Below, one piece after another: positions 40,930 through 56,379 of a stretch of DNA of 64,000 bases; position 1 is the stretch's first letter, and every line of letters begins with the position of its first letter. The stretch comes from the human T2T-CHM13v2.0 reference genome, Homo sapiens, in assembly GCF_009914755.1 (NCBI RefSeq), contig NC_060938.1, one strand, 5' to 3'. A model generated the notes under the pieces. It was not told where the DNA came from. It searched no databases and was given only the letters and a program-made list of their open reading frames with translations. The translations under genes were made by a program, and so were the position numbers.

Positions 40930-41760
40930 CACACACACTTTAAACCCTTCAGTGATTTCTCACTGTTCTTAGGAAAAACAGCCAAATCTTCAGCAAGGTC
41001 TCCAATGTACAAGGTTCTGAGTGGCCTGGCTGTGCCTGCCCCTCGGCCTTTCCCCGCAGCGTCATGAGTCATCTTGCTCTGGGCACTGCAACCACAGGGC
41101 CTGTTTGTGGATTCCAAACACTCCTGGTCCATCCTGCTGCAGGGCATTTGCATGTGCAGTTCCTGCTTCCTAGAAAGCCTTTTCTTCTTCATCCTTTAGA
41201 CTCAACTCAATCATTACTTCCTTAGACAAGCCTTCACTGGCCCCGGGGCCCCGACTCCACCCAGCATCATATCTTCTCATAGCATCAGCACCTCTCCTTC
41301 AGGCCCCTCTTCAGCTGTTCCTTCATCCCAGGTGTAATTTTACTTGTGTAGGTGGAAATATGTTATTAATGTATTTCTCCTCCACTATGCTTCATGAGTA
41401 CAAAGACCATTTCTGATTTTTCTCACCATTGTATATCCAGAGCTGGGCACAGTGCTTGAAACTAAAAAAAAAACAAAAAATTACTCACTCAACAACCATA
41501 TAATGAGCACCTTCTGTGTGCCTGGCCCTGTTCTAAGCCCTGGGAATACAACAGTGAAAAGCCAAAGTCCCTGCCTTCCTGGAGCTTATATTCTAGTTTT
41601 GGATAAGAGACAATAAACAAATAAGCAAGATGACTGCAAGGAAGGGTAAGTGTTATGGAGAAAGTACTTCTGAAGGGAACAGGATGTGAGCACTGGGGAC
41701 AGGGTAGGATAGTATCTCAGATAATGGTCAGGAAAGGCCTTTACAGGGATCTGGCATATG
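40930..41760. mobile_element. Two L2 3' segments in opposite orientation
   Basis: CAGGGCATTTGCATGTGCAGTTCC...GGCACAGTGCTTG on +; TGAGCACCTTCTGTGTGCCTGGCCCTGTTCTAAG on -. Confidence 0.75.
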
Positions 41761-41764
41761 AGCC

Positions 41765-41850
41765 GAGTCCTGGGTACTCTGAAGGGGGGACTGAATTTTA
41801 TTGCAAAAGTTAGGACAGTCCCAGGCAAATCAGGACAGTTGATCACCTTG
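41765..41850. mobile_element. MER81/MER94-like hAT-Blackjack end
   Basis: GGACAGTCCCAGGCAAATCAGGACAGTTGATCACC. Confidence 0.6.
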
Positions 41851-42866
41851 TTGATCATAGTATGCTGCCTGCTTCAGCCACTCACCCAGAAAATGATTCT
41901 CTCACACCTTCTAAATTTCATTTCCAGAAACACTCCTTCATGAGAATTAACACAGCTTAGAACACAGTAAATGCTTTGTAATGATGAGGAGACTTCCCAG
42001 GAATCCACACCCACTAACTTTAGGAGCAGTCCTGCCTTTGGGATTCCCAGTCAAAACCAGGCCCTCTCCTGCAACCCTCCCACTCTCAGAGTCCCATACT
42101 TGGATTTCCATGTGGATGGAATCCACCCAGCAGGAAAAGCTCATTTCCTCCCTCCATCTGGCTCACTCTCCCAGCCTGGAATCTTCCCCCACAATATCCC
42201 TTGGCAGACTCCTCTTCTGCACTCCCTCCTGGCTGGCTCAACTTCCGGCCAGTTCCACCCAATAATAAACTACCTGTAATGAACCACAGAGCAGCAGATC
42301 CCTCCAGTGGTCCTCCTGCTCCTTGGGGCACACACTTGAGCAGGCCCTGCTTCAACAATTGGCAGCTGCCCGCTTGGCGCAAGCACTCACACAAATTCTT
42401 CCTTACTCTCATTAGTCTAAACTAGGTCTTTATTTAATGGATTTAGAAACAGTTCACTGGCTAACCTGATTTTTTGTTTCATCTCCAGTCAAATTCCCAA
42501 GCCACTGTTGAAAGCTTCCCTTTTTATCTTCGCCCCTTTCCCAGCCCCAACTCTCCCCTCACCAACTGTATGAGCAACATTAGCACCTACGTCATTGAGA
42601 TATTAGAAGGATTTAACCGAATTAATATACACAAAGCACCTAGAACAGTCACCAGCACACAGTAGCCCTTCACGTGAATGTATTCAATGAATGAAATGCT
42701 AGCCCTTATTATTGTCCCTGAGATCTGAGAGTCATTTGTGCCTTGATAGTAAGTAGCTGCCTGCTATGATTTTATTTGAAGAGACAAATTATCCTGTTGC
42801 CCAAATGCTCCCCCAGCAAACTTAAAAGTCCTGCAACCAGCATCTGTATTTAAAAAGAGCACGTGA

Positions 42867-43183
42867 GGTCAGGCACGGTGGCTCAAGCCTGATTTCCTAG
42901 CACTTTGGGAGGCTGAGGCTGGTGGATTACTTGAGGCCAAGAGTTCAAGACCAGTCTGGGCAACATGGTGAAACCCCATCTCTACTAAAAATACATAAAT
43001 TAGCCAGGCTTGGTGGTGCATGCCTGTAATCCCAGCTACTTGGGAGGCTGAGGCACAAGAATTACTCGAACTGAGATTGTGCCACTGCACTCCAGTCTGG
43101 GTGACAGAGCAAGATTCTGTCTCAAAAAAAAAAAAAAAAAAAAGAAAGAAAGAAAGAAAAAGAAAAGAAAAGAAAAAAAAAAA
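42867..43183 (+). mobile_element. Alu with a ~25-bp internal deletion and a long A/GAAA tail
   Basis: GGGAGGCGGAGGTTGCAGTG segment missing near 43070; TSD-like AGCAC(G/A)TGA. Confidence 0.92.
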
Positions 43184-45100
43184 AGCACATGAGAAGGATG
43201 GGAAACATTACAACAATTTCCCATTTTTCTCCCCAGAAGAGTTTATTAGATTAAATAGAAGTAGAATACTAAGGACTATAGCTGGATGGGGAGGACAGAG
43301 TTTGAGGCTTGTTTAGAAAAGAAGGTCAGAAGCTCTCACTGTAAGGAGGGGAGGCATCATGAGAGCATTGGACTCTTGACGGGGTGAAGGGAGTAAAGCT
43401 GAGGGCATGGAGAAGTGGAAGGGGTGTGGAGAGGAGCGATTACAAAGACAAAATTCAGCTAAGTTAATGGAGCCAGGTCCTTTCCTAAAGCCACATCTTC
43501 CCTCCCCAACTCTGCCCCAGTCAAGACTAGACTACATACTGCAGGCATCCTACTCAAGAGAAAAGAGCCTGGATTTTCAAGCCACCATAAACTCAGAGCA
43601 ACTCCCAGTCCTACCATTTACCAGTTGACTAAGTTCATTGACCCTTCTGAACCATGGATTCCTCTTCTATAAAAACAAAACAGAAACAAAAACTCTCAAA
43701 ACAAAGTTGTGAGGATTCAGTAAGATAAGGCAGGTGATAGGCCAGCTAAGTGCCCAGCTTCTAGGAGGTGCTCAGATCGCTTAGTTTTTCAGCCAGCTTT
43801 CTGACCTCACACTAAGTCCACAGCCTCTTGCGCTTTTTCCTATCTAGTTTTTACATGTAATTTATTACATTCAATTCAATTCAACAGAGATTTTATAGAA
43901 TGCCAAGCACTAAACTCTGGGGATACCAGAGGATCAGGTCCCCTTGCTCCCCATGGCCCCCCAAAACTTGTAGCCTATATAGGAGACTAAAGATTAAATA
44001 TGCAGTTACAAATGAACAATGAACATTCCAATAAGGGAAATACAGGAGCTGTCAGAACACAGCTCTCACATTACACAATAGATGTAAAATGAGCTCTATG
44101 TCATTTATGCTAAATGTCAAGACACAGGAATTAAGCACTTCCACAATAAAAATCTAGGTGGATACCTCAGTAGAGCAGATTTTTATGTTGGTGGTAGTTT
44201 CCAAAGTTAGCACATAACTGAAAGCAGTCACTTGAAAAAAAATCCCTTAAATTATCCATAAAATAGTGTATACATGGTTTTCGTGTACAAGTATGCATTG
44301 CTGTGTGTATGTAAATACGTAATAATCTACACAACAGATAATTGACAAAGAATAAATATGCAAAATATAAGTTTACAGATTTTACTACACAGAAGAAACC
44401 AAAAGTGAAATTAGAAAAAGTTTGCAAAATCAATGTTCTAAAAACTTCCAGTGGAAATGCATGTTTTGTTTTGATAACAAATTCTAAAGGGCCAGGACAC
44501 AGCTGCAAGGCCAAGCACATTCACACTCTTCAACCACCCTGGGCTTTTTAAAAGTGTGAATAAAGGCAGTAGCTTCAGAAAATCATTCTTTGGTTCTCTT
44601 AGTTGTTAGACTTCTGTAGGAGCCTGTCAATCTTACAGAGTATTAATAGAAAGAAAATTACCACCCCACCCCACCCCCCCCCCCGCAAAAAAAACCTTAT
44701 TGCCTTTTATTTTTGGACAGGTTATGGAATCACAAAATCTCAAGGTTGTAAGGGAACCGAAAGAGCACTGGTCCAACCTGTCATCATATGTTTCAATCCC
44801 TCCCAAGGGATCAAACAGTCTCTACTTAGATATTTCCAGTAGCTAGAAACTACCCCTTCCATCTTAGAACACCTCCAGCAGTAATTTAAATGCACAATTG
44901 CTTCAAAAATTTAATACATCAAAATTATGTGTTGCAGGAAGATCTTCCTGGCAGGGATTCACTTTAAAAGTATTATGAAGAATTTACTCTGCAATATTCT
45001 TAGTGTATAAAAGGGTCATACAGACTAATAAGAAAATCGCTAAGATCTCAATAGATAAGAAAAAATGTAAATCATCACATTTGTATTTAAAAGTTCAGTC

Positions 45101-45393
<293 letters not shown>

Positions 45394-45982
45394 GGTCAGT
45401 CTACCTAATTTAATAGGCAAAAAATTATCCCACATTTTAATCCATTAAATAACAAAGGTCAAGACACATTGCACCAAAAAAGCAGTGAGATATAAACTGA
45501 TGGTAGAACTGTAGATTGCTACAACTTTTATGTATTTCATTTTGGCAATATTCATTTGTCAAAGAATAAGCCTAGAGGTTTGTTGTCGTTGTTGTTGTTT
45601 CATCACAGCTGAGTCTACTAATTTACCAGGCAAGGGAACACAAACCAAAACAGAAATTTGCAATGTATCCCTGTTAGGGAAATGTCAGGGGTTGCTTTTT
45701 AAGTGCTGGAGAGAAGTGCCTGATGATTATTCTAGTTAAGCATTGACAACTAGCATTCTAGACAGTCAGTCATTTAAACAAGTGTCACTGTCTGTGGTCA
45801 GGAAAGAGTTTTCAATCAGGTCCTGTGTGTGGGTGGGGCCCGGGGGGGTTCCTTAAAGTTAATGGTCAGCTTTAGCAGGTTAGAACCAGCTGGGATAAAA
45901 CACAGTCTTTAGTTTTGATATTCCTAAGCAAGAAGGGAAATTTCTTCCTTGTTTTCTTCACTCATTCAACAATGCACATTAA

Positions 45983-46369
<387 letters not shown>

Positions 46370-46725
46370 TCATGGAAATTGCCACCAAGTAATGTGATCT
46401 TGTCATGAAAATGTTTATATTATTAAACCTAAAAATTTCACTTTAGGAAGCTTATGTTAAGGAGATAATAAGCTGGTCAAATATTTATACACAAATATAT
46501 TCATTGGAGTATTGCTTAAGCCAAAAAACAGAGACAACCTAAATTTCCAACAGTAAGGGAATTGCTTAAAAAATACATAATACATTCATAAATTGACTAT
46601 AAAAGGTTTAATGACATGGGAAATGTGTACGATATAATATTAAGCAAGGCAAATAATATTTTCAAGACATAGAATGTGGCCTCAATTATATTAGACATTA
46701 TATAAAATAAACTTTTAAAATACTT

Positions 46726-47147
<422 letters not shown>

Positions 47148-48199
47148 TCAAATGCTAACATTTTATTGGTGTATGAATGTTGTATTACGGGATTTTTTTT
47201 TTCTTCTTTATATTTTAGTGTATTCACTTTTATGAGAGTTTGTATTAATTTTATAATCTAGAAAGAATTTGGCAAACATCCCCTCTGAAAAAAAAAATCA
47301 GAACAAAAACTACCCCCAAATAGGGAAAACTCTACAAATGGCTTAACTGTGTATACAGTCAAGATCCTATAACCTAGGTCTCTGTATCTAAAGGCAGAAT
47401 TTACGTGTGAATTAATCTCATTTTTGTTTCTGCTGACTCCATAGAAACTGTGCTCTCCATGGCTTCCTCAAGATGAGCAAACAAGAGTGATACAGATTTT
47501 TCTGAGATGGACAGTGCCTCTCACTGACCCCGCCCCCAGTATCCTACGACCAAGGAAAAGAATCTCATGTGTCATTTCTGTGGGCCACGGTAGTTAAGGA
47601 AACTCCATGTATTTTCATCTGGAGCCTCACAGCAACCCTGACAAGTGGCTAAGTGGGGACAATGTGAAGCTCGGCTGCCCTTCCCCAAGGCCCTGGTCTT
47701 GACAGTCCTCAGGGGCTGGAGGCCCCCCTCATCCATGTCCCCACAAGATTTCTGTCCATGGCACCCAAGGACCCACTCAAATGGTCTTGAATGGACCTGA
47801 GGAAGACTGGCGAGTTATTGGTTTTATAAGCACAGTTGTGTCCGTTTACATCTACCAGAAGGTACAGGGATATGGCGAGAGTGAGAAGACGTGACACCTG
47901 TTAATACAAACTCTCCCCTTTAACTTGTCTTTCCAGAGAACACAGAATGGGAGACACCGCTAAAACAGGCCACGTTAGCACTAGAACTGATAAACTGAGA
48001 GCTAGGTTCTAGATAGAAAAGTTACGATGAAACATCCTCATCATTGTCAACAGATGAATATCTAAACCTCAGCTTTGATGTCCTCTGCCAAATGGATTGG
48101 ATGATGCCTGCCCTTGCCACTCCACGGGGTCTTTGGGGATGAACTGAGCTACAATGGCGAGGGAGCGGGTGGGATACTAACTGGCCCTTCCCCTAGATA

Positions 48200-49240
48200 G
48201 GAGGCCATCAAGTGCAGAGCCAGAGACCGGCCCTGGGCCTCCGCAGGCTCCCCCGGAGCCAAAGAGAGGCCAAACCGAAGCGCCCTGCCCAAGGCCGCCC
48301 TAACGCGACTCTGGCCGCTCCTGCCTAGCAGATACCGGCTGGTGCCCTCGCTTCGGATGCAAGATCCCAGCTCTGCTGCAGCTTTCGAGCCGGAGGGACA
48401 ATCGAAATGATCAAAAATGCCCGGCGGGCAGCCTTGGCGAGCGCGCGGCGGGGCGCGGGGTGAAGTCTCGCCAGGGCGCGCCGCGGCGGACACCGAGCCA
48501 CACGCACTGTGCCTGCGCCCGCGGCCGCCCCGAAGGTAGTCGGTAACTGCGGCGGGCGGCGGCCGGGGCTGGACAGCCAGCCCCGCCCGGCAGGCTCGCA
48601 GCTCACGTAGCGCTAGCGTGAGTCAGCGCGTTCCAGCGCAGCCCCGGGCCGAGGGAGGGCTCCCGCGCGCAGCGCCAGCAGCCCGCACGTACCGGCCCCG
48701 GGAGGGGGCGCCTAGGTGGTTCCACTCGCGGGTGCCCTGTGCCCTGCAGTGTCCCCACGCCCCAGGTTGTCCCCCTCGAAAGCCACGTGGGCGTGGGGCT
48801 CGCCTTCCCTGGGCGGAGTCCCCATCGGTGCCTGCCCGCCCGGAAGTAGGGGCGCGAGGGTGACGGGCAAGACCGAGCCCGGCCCGTGATTCTTCCTCAG
48901 CCGGAGCTCGACCTTCTCCTTGTCCCTTGCGTTTCCTTTCTTTGAACCACACACTCGCTCGCTCACGTTTGTCCCGACTAAGTTGCCCCCGGCCCCCGCA
49001 GCTGTCATGAAGATAGATGGAGAGGTAGCTGCGAGAGCCCAGCCTCGGCGGGTGGTGCCCAGGGCGGACTGGGGAGACTAAAGACAGTAAAGGGCGGGTG
49101 GGACTCGAGTCCTCTATCCACCTAATCTCACATGCAGTGGGACTTATCATTCCAGTCGGTCTGCATTTCCTCAAATCTGCACCTGTTTAGTTACGACAAC
49201 CAGCTTTATAAAAGGAAGCGGCCTACGTGCCTGACAGCTG
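48200..49240. promoter_or_regulatory. CpG island and probable promoter; gene and direction not determined
   Basis: Dense CpG and high GC; GC boxes; ETS CCGGAAGT 48840-48847; E-box CACGTG 48784; TGAGTCAGC 48619; three TACGTG; CTCF-like CCGGGAGGGGGCGC 48698-48711; TATAAAAG 49207. Confidence 0.88.
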
Positions 49241-49984
49241 AATGACGGAATTAGAAGTCATTCTCTACTAAATGTGTGAACATAGCAGGACCTCCGCTTA
49301 AGTTCTAGACCTACAGGGTTGCAAGTCTGGGCCTCCTGGGGGCAGGAAAAAATTCCAAGTCCTCCTTTGCCCCTCGGTAAAATGTTCTTTCACAAATTAG
49401 AGCCAACGGCACATCTGTGATGTGCCTATGTCACTTTTTCAAAGCCTTGCTCAGGGGTTGGAATGTCGTGGAGAGGGAGACGAGGTGGGTGCTTATGAAG
49501 GGAAAGAGATACATGGGGAAGGGGGAGAGGAAACGTTGATTAGGAAAGGAGCTTGCAGTCATGAGTAAAGTGACTGACAGAACGTTATTGAGCCTGTCAT
49601 GGAGATCAGGCACTATTTGGGCACCAGTGACGCAAAATAAGTGGCTCCCCGTGGTCCCTGCTCTCAGGGTTACAGATGAGTGGGAGATATTAACTAAGTA
49701 GACAGTGAAACATGAGGAAGACTTAGTATGACGGTTCAGCACCCAGACTTGGGAACCAGGCTGTGCAGGTTCTGATGCTGGCTCTGCAATTTACAGACCG
49801 TGTGATCTTAGCCAAGTGAGTACCCCCATCTGTCCTCACCTTCTTGTTTTGGAAAATAAAAATGGTGAAAACGACTTACTTTTTAGGACATTTCAGAGGT
49901 CTAAATACATTAATACAAGCAGAGCACTGGAATTCAGTAGGCACCGAATAAATCTTGTTAATAGAATAAATGGAGGAGATACAG

Positions 49985-50092
49985 GCAGGGGCTGCCAAGC
50001 ACAGCAGAGCAGGCTGTATGCTGTACAACTCCAGAAGACACGTTCGTAGAAGTGAATGGAGCTTTCTGGAACTGTGCAGTGTGGTGGTCCTG
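49985..50092. mobile_element. MER91-like palindromic hAT MITE
   Basis: CAGGGGCTGCCA...CTGTACAACTCCAGAA / TTCTGGAACTGTGCAG...GGTCCTG. Confidence 0.55.
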
Positions 50093-50104
50093 AGTATGAG
50101 TGAT

Positions 50105-50635
50105 GTCTATTTTAGCATAGTTCATAATAGGAAAAAATGGAAAATTCAAATGCACTTATCTATAAATGTGGTATGTTCATACAGTGGAGTACTATTAGAG
50201 CTATTAAAAGGGATCAGCTGCATCTATGTGTATCAAAATCTCAAAAGTATATTGAATGAAAAACAGCAAGTTGCAAAATGATACATGCAGCATGATGCCA
50301 TTTATAGAAAGAAAATGTACATACACACAAAAAATCCCATATATATATATATATATGCTGGAAAAATACACACCAAACTTAAAGCTGTCTTTGAATGGAA
50401 GGGGAGGAATTCAGATTTGAAATGGTAGTCATAGGAATTTAGCTTATTCTCATATTGTAATAATTGTTTCAAAGAACAATGTGCTTATATATCATGCAGT
50501 TTTTTATTTTAAGGAATAGATATAAAATAAAACTAGAAGCAAATATGTCAACACTGGCTAACTGTGGGTTGCTGGAATATGAGTAATCATTATTTTTTCA
50601 TTTGTACTTTTCTGAATATTCAAATTAAAAATAAT
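50105..50635 (+). mobile_element. Old L1M (L1ME-like) 3' fragments
   Basis: ATAAATGTGGTATGTTCATACAGTGGAGTACTA...AAAAACAGCAAGTTGCAAAATGATACAT. Confidence 0.7.
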
Positions 50636-52647
50636 TACAACCTTGCAGGTCAAGTGCTATGCTAAAGGTGTAAAAGGGATGGGCCTGGAGAGCATGTCTC
50701 GGGTGAGGCTACGCTTGTACACCCACAATCTTCGGTCACAACAGAGAATGGAGCAAGCTCCCCAAGACCCCTCTGCTCTAACCCCACCCTGGGGCGGGCT
50801 GGGTGCCTCTGGAATGCCATGGCTGGCCAGGGTTTCCAGACCAGGGCTGTCCTGAGCATGATGCTGCTGGCGACCATGCTTTGCAGGTTCTTCTTTCAAT
50901 CCTTACCCTCCCTAAAATATGGCGTTCTGGTTGGTGCCTGAGGGGGAAACACCAGATGATAGTAGAACCCTTGAGGACAGGGAACCATCCATGCTCTACA
51001 AGTGGGTCACCTACAATTCTGAAAATTAACTGAGTCATTGAATTCAACGCAGCAAGTAAATGGTAAAGGTGGAAATGGAAACCATATCCACCTTATATCT
51101 ATGAATGTCTACTATTCTCTGCCTCTGTGCAGGACCCTTTCACAGGTGTTGTCCTCTTTTGGAGCAGCTCAATGAATTGGTCAAGATTCCAGGCTTTGTA
51201 GTTGCTCAGACCTAGGCTCGAGTAGCCAATGACTACAATTTAGGGCAAATCACTCAGTTTCTCTGACTCTGTTTCCTCTTCTGTGAAATGGGGATAACAG
51301 TGGTGCTGGGGGAACGGAATAGATAATATATGCAAAGCACTTAGTACAGTGGCCTCCCCAGGGATCCCCCAGTAAATGGTGGTTAGGTGTCCATCAGGAA
51401 GTGGGATCTTTTGATAACAGATGGATCCTGTTTTAAAAAGGAGATTTTTTTTTTCTTATCCTATAACTATCCTTTACCCTAGTAAAGGGTTAAATCGCTG
51501 TGTAGGAAAAGAATGAAAGCCTGTGTCTCTCAGTGAGGTGGGACTGAGCTTGAAATTGACATTCTACAAGAGTTTGACTAGGAACTGTTGTTTGGAGAAG
51601 CCCACCCTGCCCCACTTAAAAAAAACCAGTGGTGTTTTTGTTTCTTAATAGCTAAATCTACCCACTGAAAGCCCCAAACAGGATTCTCTTACATTTAAAA
51701 AATTAGCCTGACACACCAGTGCCTTCTGAAAGAAGCCGTCCGAGCTTTTAAGTCAAACACACTAAGAATTCCTTCTTTCTCTCTTGTTTGCTTTCTCTCC
51801 CTGGCACCCATAGACAAAAGATGTCTCAGGGATTTTTAACTCAGTTATGCTGAAAATCCAAGATTTAAACCTGATTCCCAGCTGCTCCTTTAGAACGTGT
51901 TGCACGAGAGATGTTGTTTAGTCCAACTAGCTGTGGGGAGGGGTAAACACACACTGCTGGATGGTGGGACGTGCAGAACGTCAGGGGAACATAACCAAAC
52001 AGAGTTAAGCATGTGCTGTGACTAATAGAGGACAGCCTGGGGTGTGTCTGTCGTGAGAGAAATCACCTCCCCACTGGGCCCCAGTACCTGAGAGAGGCCA
52101 GGAAAATAGCATCTGATTCCCAGGCAGTGTTTATCCTGCCAGGCTGCATGTGGCTTCAGTTATCACAGCCATGCTCTTCTGAGTTGCCTCCTGTATTGGT
52201 TCTGGAAGGGGTGCTGCCACAGAGGGTCTATGCAATCTCTCCGGGTGAGCCCCATATCAAGGAAGCCAGGAGCCTACCGCAGAGCAGGACAGAACACTCC
52301 CACATCCCTGGCCCTGGCCTGAGCAGAGATGTCCAGACACTTCCCCAGGCACCCGCAACCCAACACTCCTCCCTGTCCTTTCAACACGGTTTGGCTGGGA
52401 GTATAGGGAGGCTCCCAGCAAAGTCACCATGACTGGCACGAGTAACCTTACCTGCATGTTCCAGGACAGCACTAACCCCTTCAACAAATGCAGTTTGTTG
52501 TATTTTTCAAAGGAGAACAAATTTTCCTGGTGGTGGAGATTGCATTTTTCATGTGCGTTTTTGCTGGTATAGAAATAATACATATAGGTTGCAAAAAGAA
52601 ACTTGGATGAAATAGAAATATACGAAGAAGGAAGTATCATCACTCCT

Positions 52648-53074
52648 GTACAGCGTTGAATAGTGCTCCCCCATGATTTATGTCCATCCAGAACCTGTGA
52701 AAGTAACCTGTGAATGGAAATAGGATTATTGCAGATGTATCAAATTAACATGAACCCTGAATCCAGTATTACTGGCGTTCTTACGAGAAGAGGAAAATTT
52801 GGACACAGGCACACAAGGCAGAATGCCAGGTGATGACAGAGGCAAAGAATGGAATACTGCAGCTACAAACCAAGGAGCACCAGGGATTGCCGCAAACCAC
52901 CAAAAGCTAGGAAGAAGCAAGGAAGGATCCTCCCCTGGAGGCTTCAGAGGGAATATGACCCTGCCAACACCTTGATTTCAGACTTCTAGCCTGCAGAATT
53001 GTGAGATAAATTTCTGTAATTCCAAGTTACCCAGTTTGTGGTAATTTATTAACCAGCCCTAGAAAACTGATACA
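52648..53074 (+). mobile_element. MaLR solo LTR (MLT1C-like)
   Basis: TTGAATAGTGCTCCCCCA...CCAAGGAGCACCAGGGATTGCC...GCCCTAGAAAACTGATACA. Confidence 0.88.
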
Positions 53075-53163
53075 GCCCCTAAATCCACCAATCAAAGTTA
53101 CACACTGTTTACATTTTAATATATGTCCTTCAATTCTTTCTATAATGCATCTTATAAAGTCGG

Positions 53164-53837
<674 letters not shown>

Positions 53838-54451
53838 GTGTCCAGTTGCCTTCGTCTGGGAAAATTTCAGCTACAGTTCTAATTGACTTCAGGCAGCATC
53901 TACTGCTTTTCCAAATAACTAAGTAGCTGGGAGAATACTGAGGAATGCGCCCTGAGTCCTCCCACCATACCCCCAAACTCAGAGCCGGAGGTCTTAGACA
54001 TCTAAGGTGATGATGTCCCTGCCATCACCTCCAGGTGACTGTGCAAATTATTCTGGGAGGAACTCTTTCAGGTGGCCTTACTGGCTGATGCATCCAGCAG
54101 GGAATATGTGCCAATCACACTTCTCTACCCTCATGTTCTAGGGCAGTGACAACCTCAGCCATGGAACCTCCTTGTCCTGAACTTTCCCCAGCTCCAAAAG
54201 GAGAAGGTCAACCGCAGGCTAGATTTCTCTACTGGGACAGATCACTGACACTCAGCTGGATTTGTCCTATACTAGCCAGGTGCCCGGTCACCTACCTTTG
54301 AAACCTCAGCAATAGTTTTCACTCTTCTCTCTCCTTTTCCTTTTACTCCAACCCTTCTCCCCAAATCTAAGTAAATGTCAAGTTCTGAAATCCCTGTGTA
54401 ACATTTCACAAATTCATCCTCCTTCCATGGCTACCCTAGCCTGGGCTCCAG

Positions 54452-54970
54452 ATCAAGGTCAACGTCAACAGTGATAATTCATGTGAATAGTATGTACTCT
54501 TGATATGATGTGATGAAAATAGCAGCTACCATTTGTGGTCTGCCTGTCTAAAACCATAACCCAAATCTAATGAGGAAAACACTGGACAGATCCAAGTTGA
54601 GGAATATTCTACAAAAGATCCCACCATTACTCCTCAAAACAGTCAAGATCATCAAAAATAAGAAAAGTTTCAAAAACTCACAGCCAAAAGGAGCCTAAGG
54701 AGACGTAATGACTAAATTTAATGTGGTATCCTGGGTGGATCTTGGAACAGAAAAAAGGACATCAGATAAACACCAAGAAAACCTGAATAAAGTGTGGACT
54801 TTAGTTACTTACATCATTATTTGGTTTATTAAGTGTGGCAACTGTACCATACTAATGTCAGACACTAATACTAGGAGAAACTGGGTGCAAGGTGTATGGG
54901 AACTCTGTACTATCTTTGCAATTTATCTATACATCTAAAACTGTGCTTAGAAATTACGTTTATTTTTTAA
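54452..54970 (+). mobile_element. L1MD-type 3' end
   Basis: CAAGGTCAACGTCAACAGTGATAA...GGAGCCTAAGGAGAC...GTATGGGAACTCTGTACTATCTTTGCAA. Confidence 0.8.
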
Positions 54971-55365
54971 AACTGTGTGTGCACAGGGCAAGGAGCTGGT
55001 TGTGGATGAGGGTGAGGATGGGGATAACGAGGAGTGTCCTTAGGGTGGTACTTCTCTCCTGACTGAAAAATCAAAACACCATTATCTCTACCCACTCCTT
55101 TCTCCCAGCCACCAGCAAGGGTATCCAGAATCCAAATAACTAATGGCTTTTCCAATAAAACAGGAGGGCCGATTACATTTTCTCCCTTGTCTTGCTTGTG
55201 TTTCACAGAAGTAAAAATAAATCAACAACACATAGGGCAATCACCATAGGAAAATTTTTAACATATTGCCCTGCCATAATAATACGGTCCTGAATTTCCC
55301 TTACCACTTTATCAACCACTAACTATCCTGCACAAGTCCCGTGTTTTAGTCAAATTGGTCCAGAA

Positions 55366-55552
55366 CAGTGGGTCTCAAGCTCAGCTGTGCATCAGAATCA
55401 CCTGGCAGGCTTGTTAAATAAAGATTGCTGAGCCTCATCCCAGAGTTTCTTATTCACTAAGGCTGGAGTAGGGCCCAAGAATTTACATTTCTTGCTAGTT
55501 CCCAGGTGATGTTGATGCTGCTGGTCCAGGGACTATAGTTTGAGAATCACTG
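55366..55552. mobile_element. MER5A (hAT-Charlie), complete
   Basis: CAGTGG.TCTCAA...TTGAGAATCACTG termini; imperfect 8-bp TSD GTCCAGAA/ATCTAGAA. Confidence 0.9.
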
Positions 55553-55954
55553 ATCTAGAATTCTCTTCTTTATCTGCGTATTTATTTTCCTTTCTATCTC
55601 CATGCTTCTGCATATTTAGAGTCCTATCTGGAATGCAATCAGAATGTATTGGTTAATACTATGTACCAGACATACCAGTAGGTTCTTAGGCTGTAGCAGT
55701 GAGCAAAAGAAATAAGGTTCCTGTTTTCATTTAACTTACATTCTAGCAGTCAGATAATAAATGAATAAATAAATAAGAGAATTACAGATTATGACAAGTG
55801 CTCTGAAGGAAATAAACAGGGTAATATAATATTGAGTAATTAAGGATAGGAGGTATGAACATTTCTTGGGTGCCTGATCACCATACATTCTCCCCATTCT
55901 TACACTACCATGAGTTTCTTGGTAACATTGGTTGGGTGGGATTGACCCTACATG

Positions 55955-56309
55955 GCTTCGTTCAGGTGGCTGTAACAAAATATCTTAGACTGGGTAATTG
56001 TTAAACAACAGAAATTCATTGCTCACAGTTCTGGAGGCTGGGAAGTCCAAGATCAAGGCGTTGGCAGATTTATTGTCTGGTGAGGACTTAACAGATGGCT
56101 CCTTGTTGCTGCATCATCACACGGAGGAAAGGGCAAGGGAGCTCTCTCAGGCCTCTTTTACAAAGGTACTAATACCATTCATGAGAGTGGAGCCCTCATG
56201 ACTTAACCACTTCACAAAAGTTCCACCTCTTAATACTGTCACATTGGGTATTAGGTTCCTATACCTAATACCTGAATGTTGGGGAAACACCAACATTCAG
56301 ACCATAGCA
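55955..56309 (-). mobile_element. MaLR solo LTR (MLT1A-like)
   Basis: CACAGTTCTGGAGGCTGGGAAGTCCAAGATCAAGG...CATTCAGACCATAGCA. Confidence 0.88.
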
Positions 56310-56379
56310 CAATCCGTAGCTCCAAAGGTGGGCCTTGACTAGCTTAAACCAATTGGCACAACAATCTTTCCGGCCCAGC

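Noticed and set aside
48530-48540. CCGAAGGTAGT, similar to the 5' part of Y1 RNA
   Set aside because: The match is only 11 nt and the rest of Y RNA is absent.
48149-49174. Several 81-183 aa ORFs in the CpG island
   Set aside because: These are Arg/Ala/Pro/Gly-rich products expected from GC-rich DNA, with no recognisable domain.
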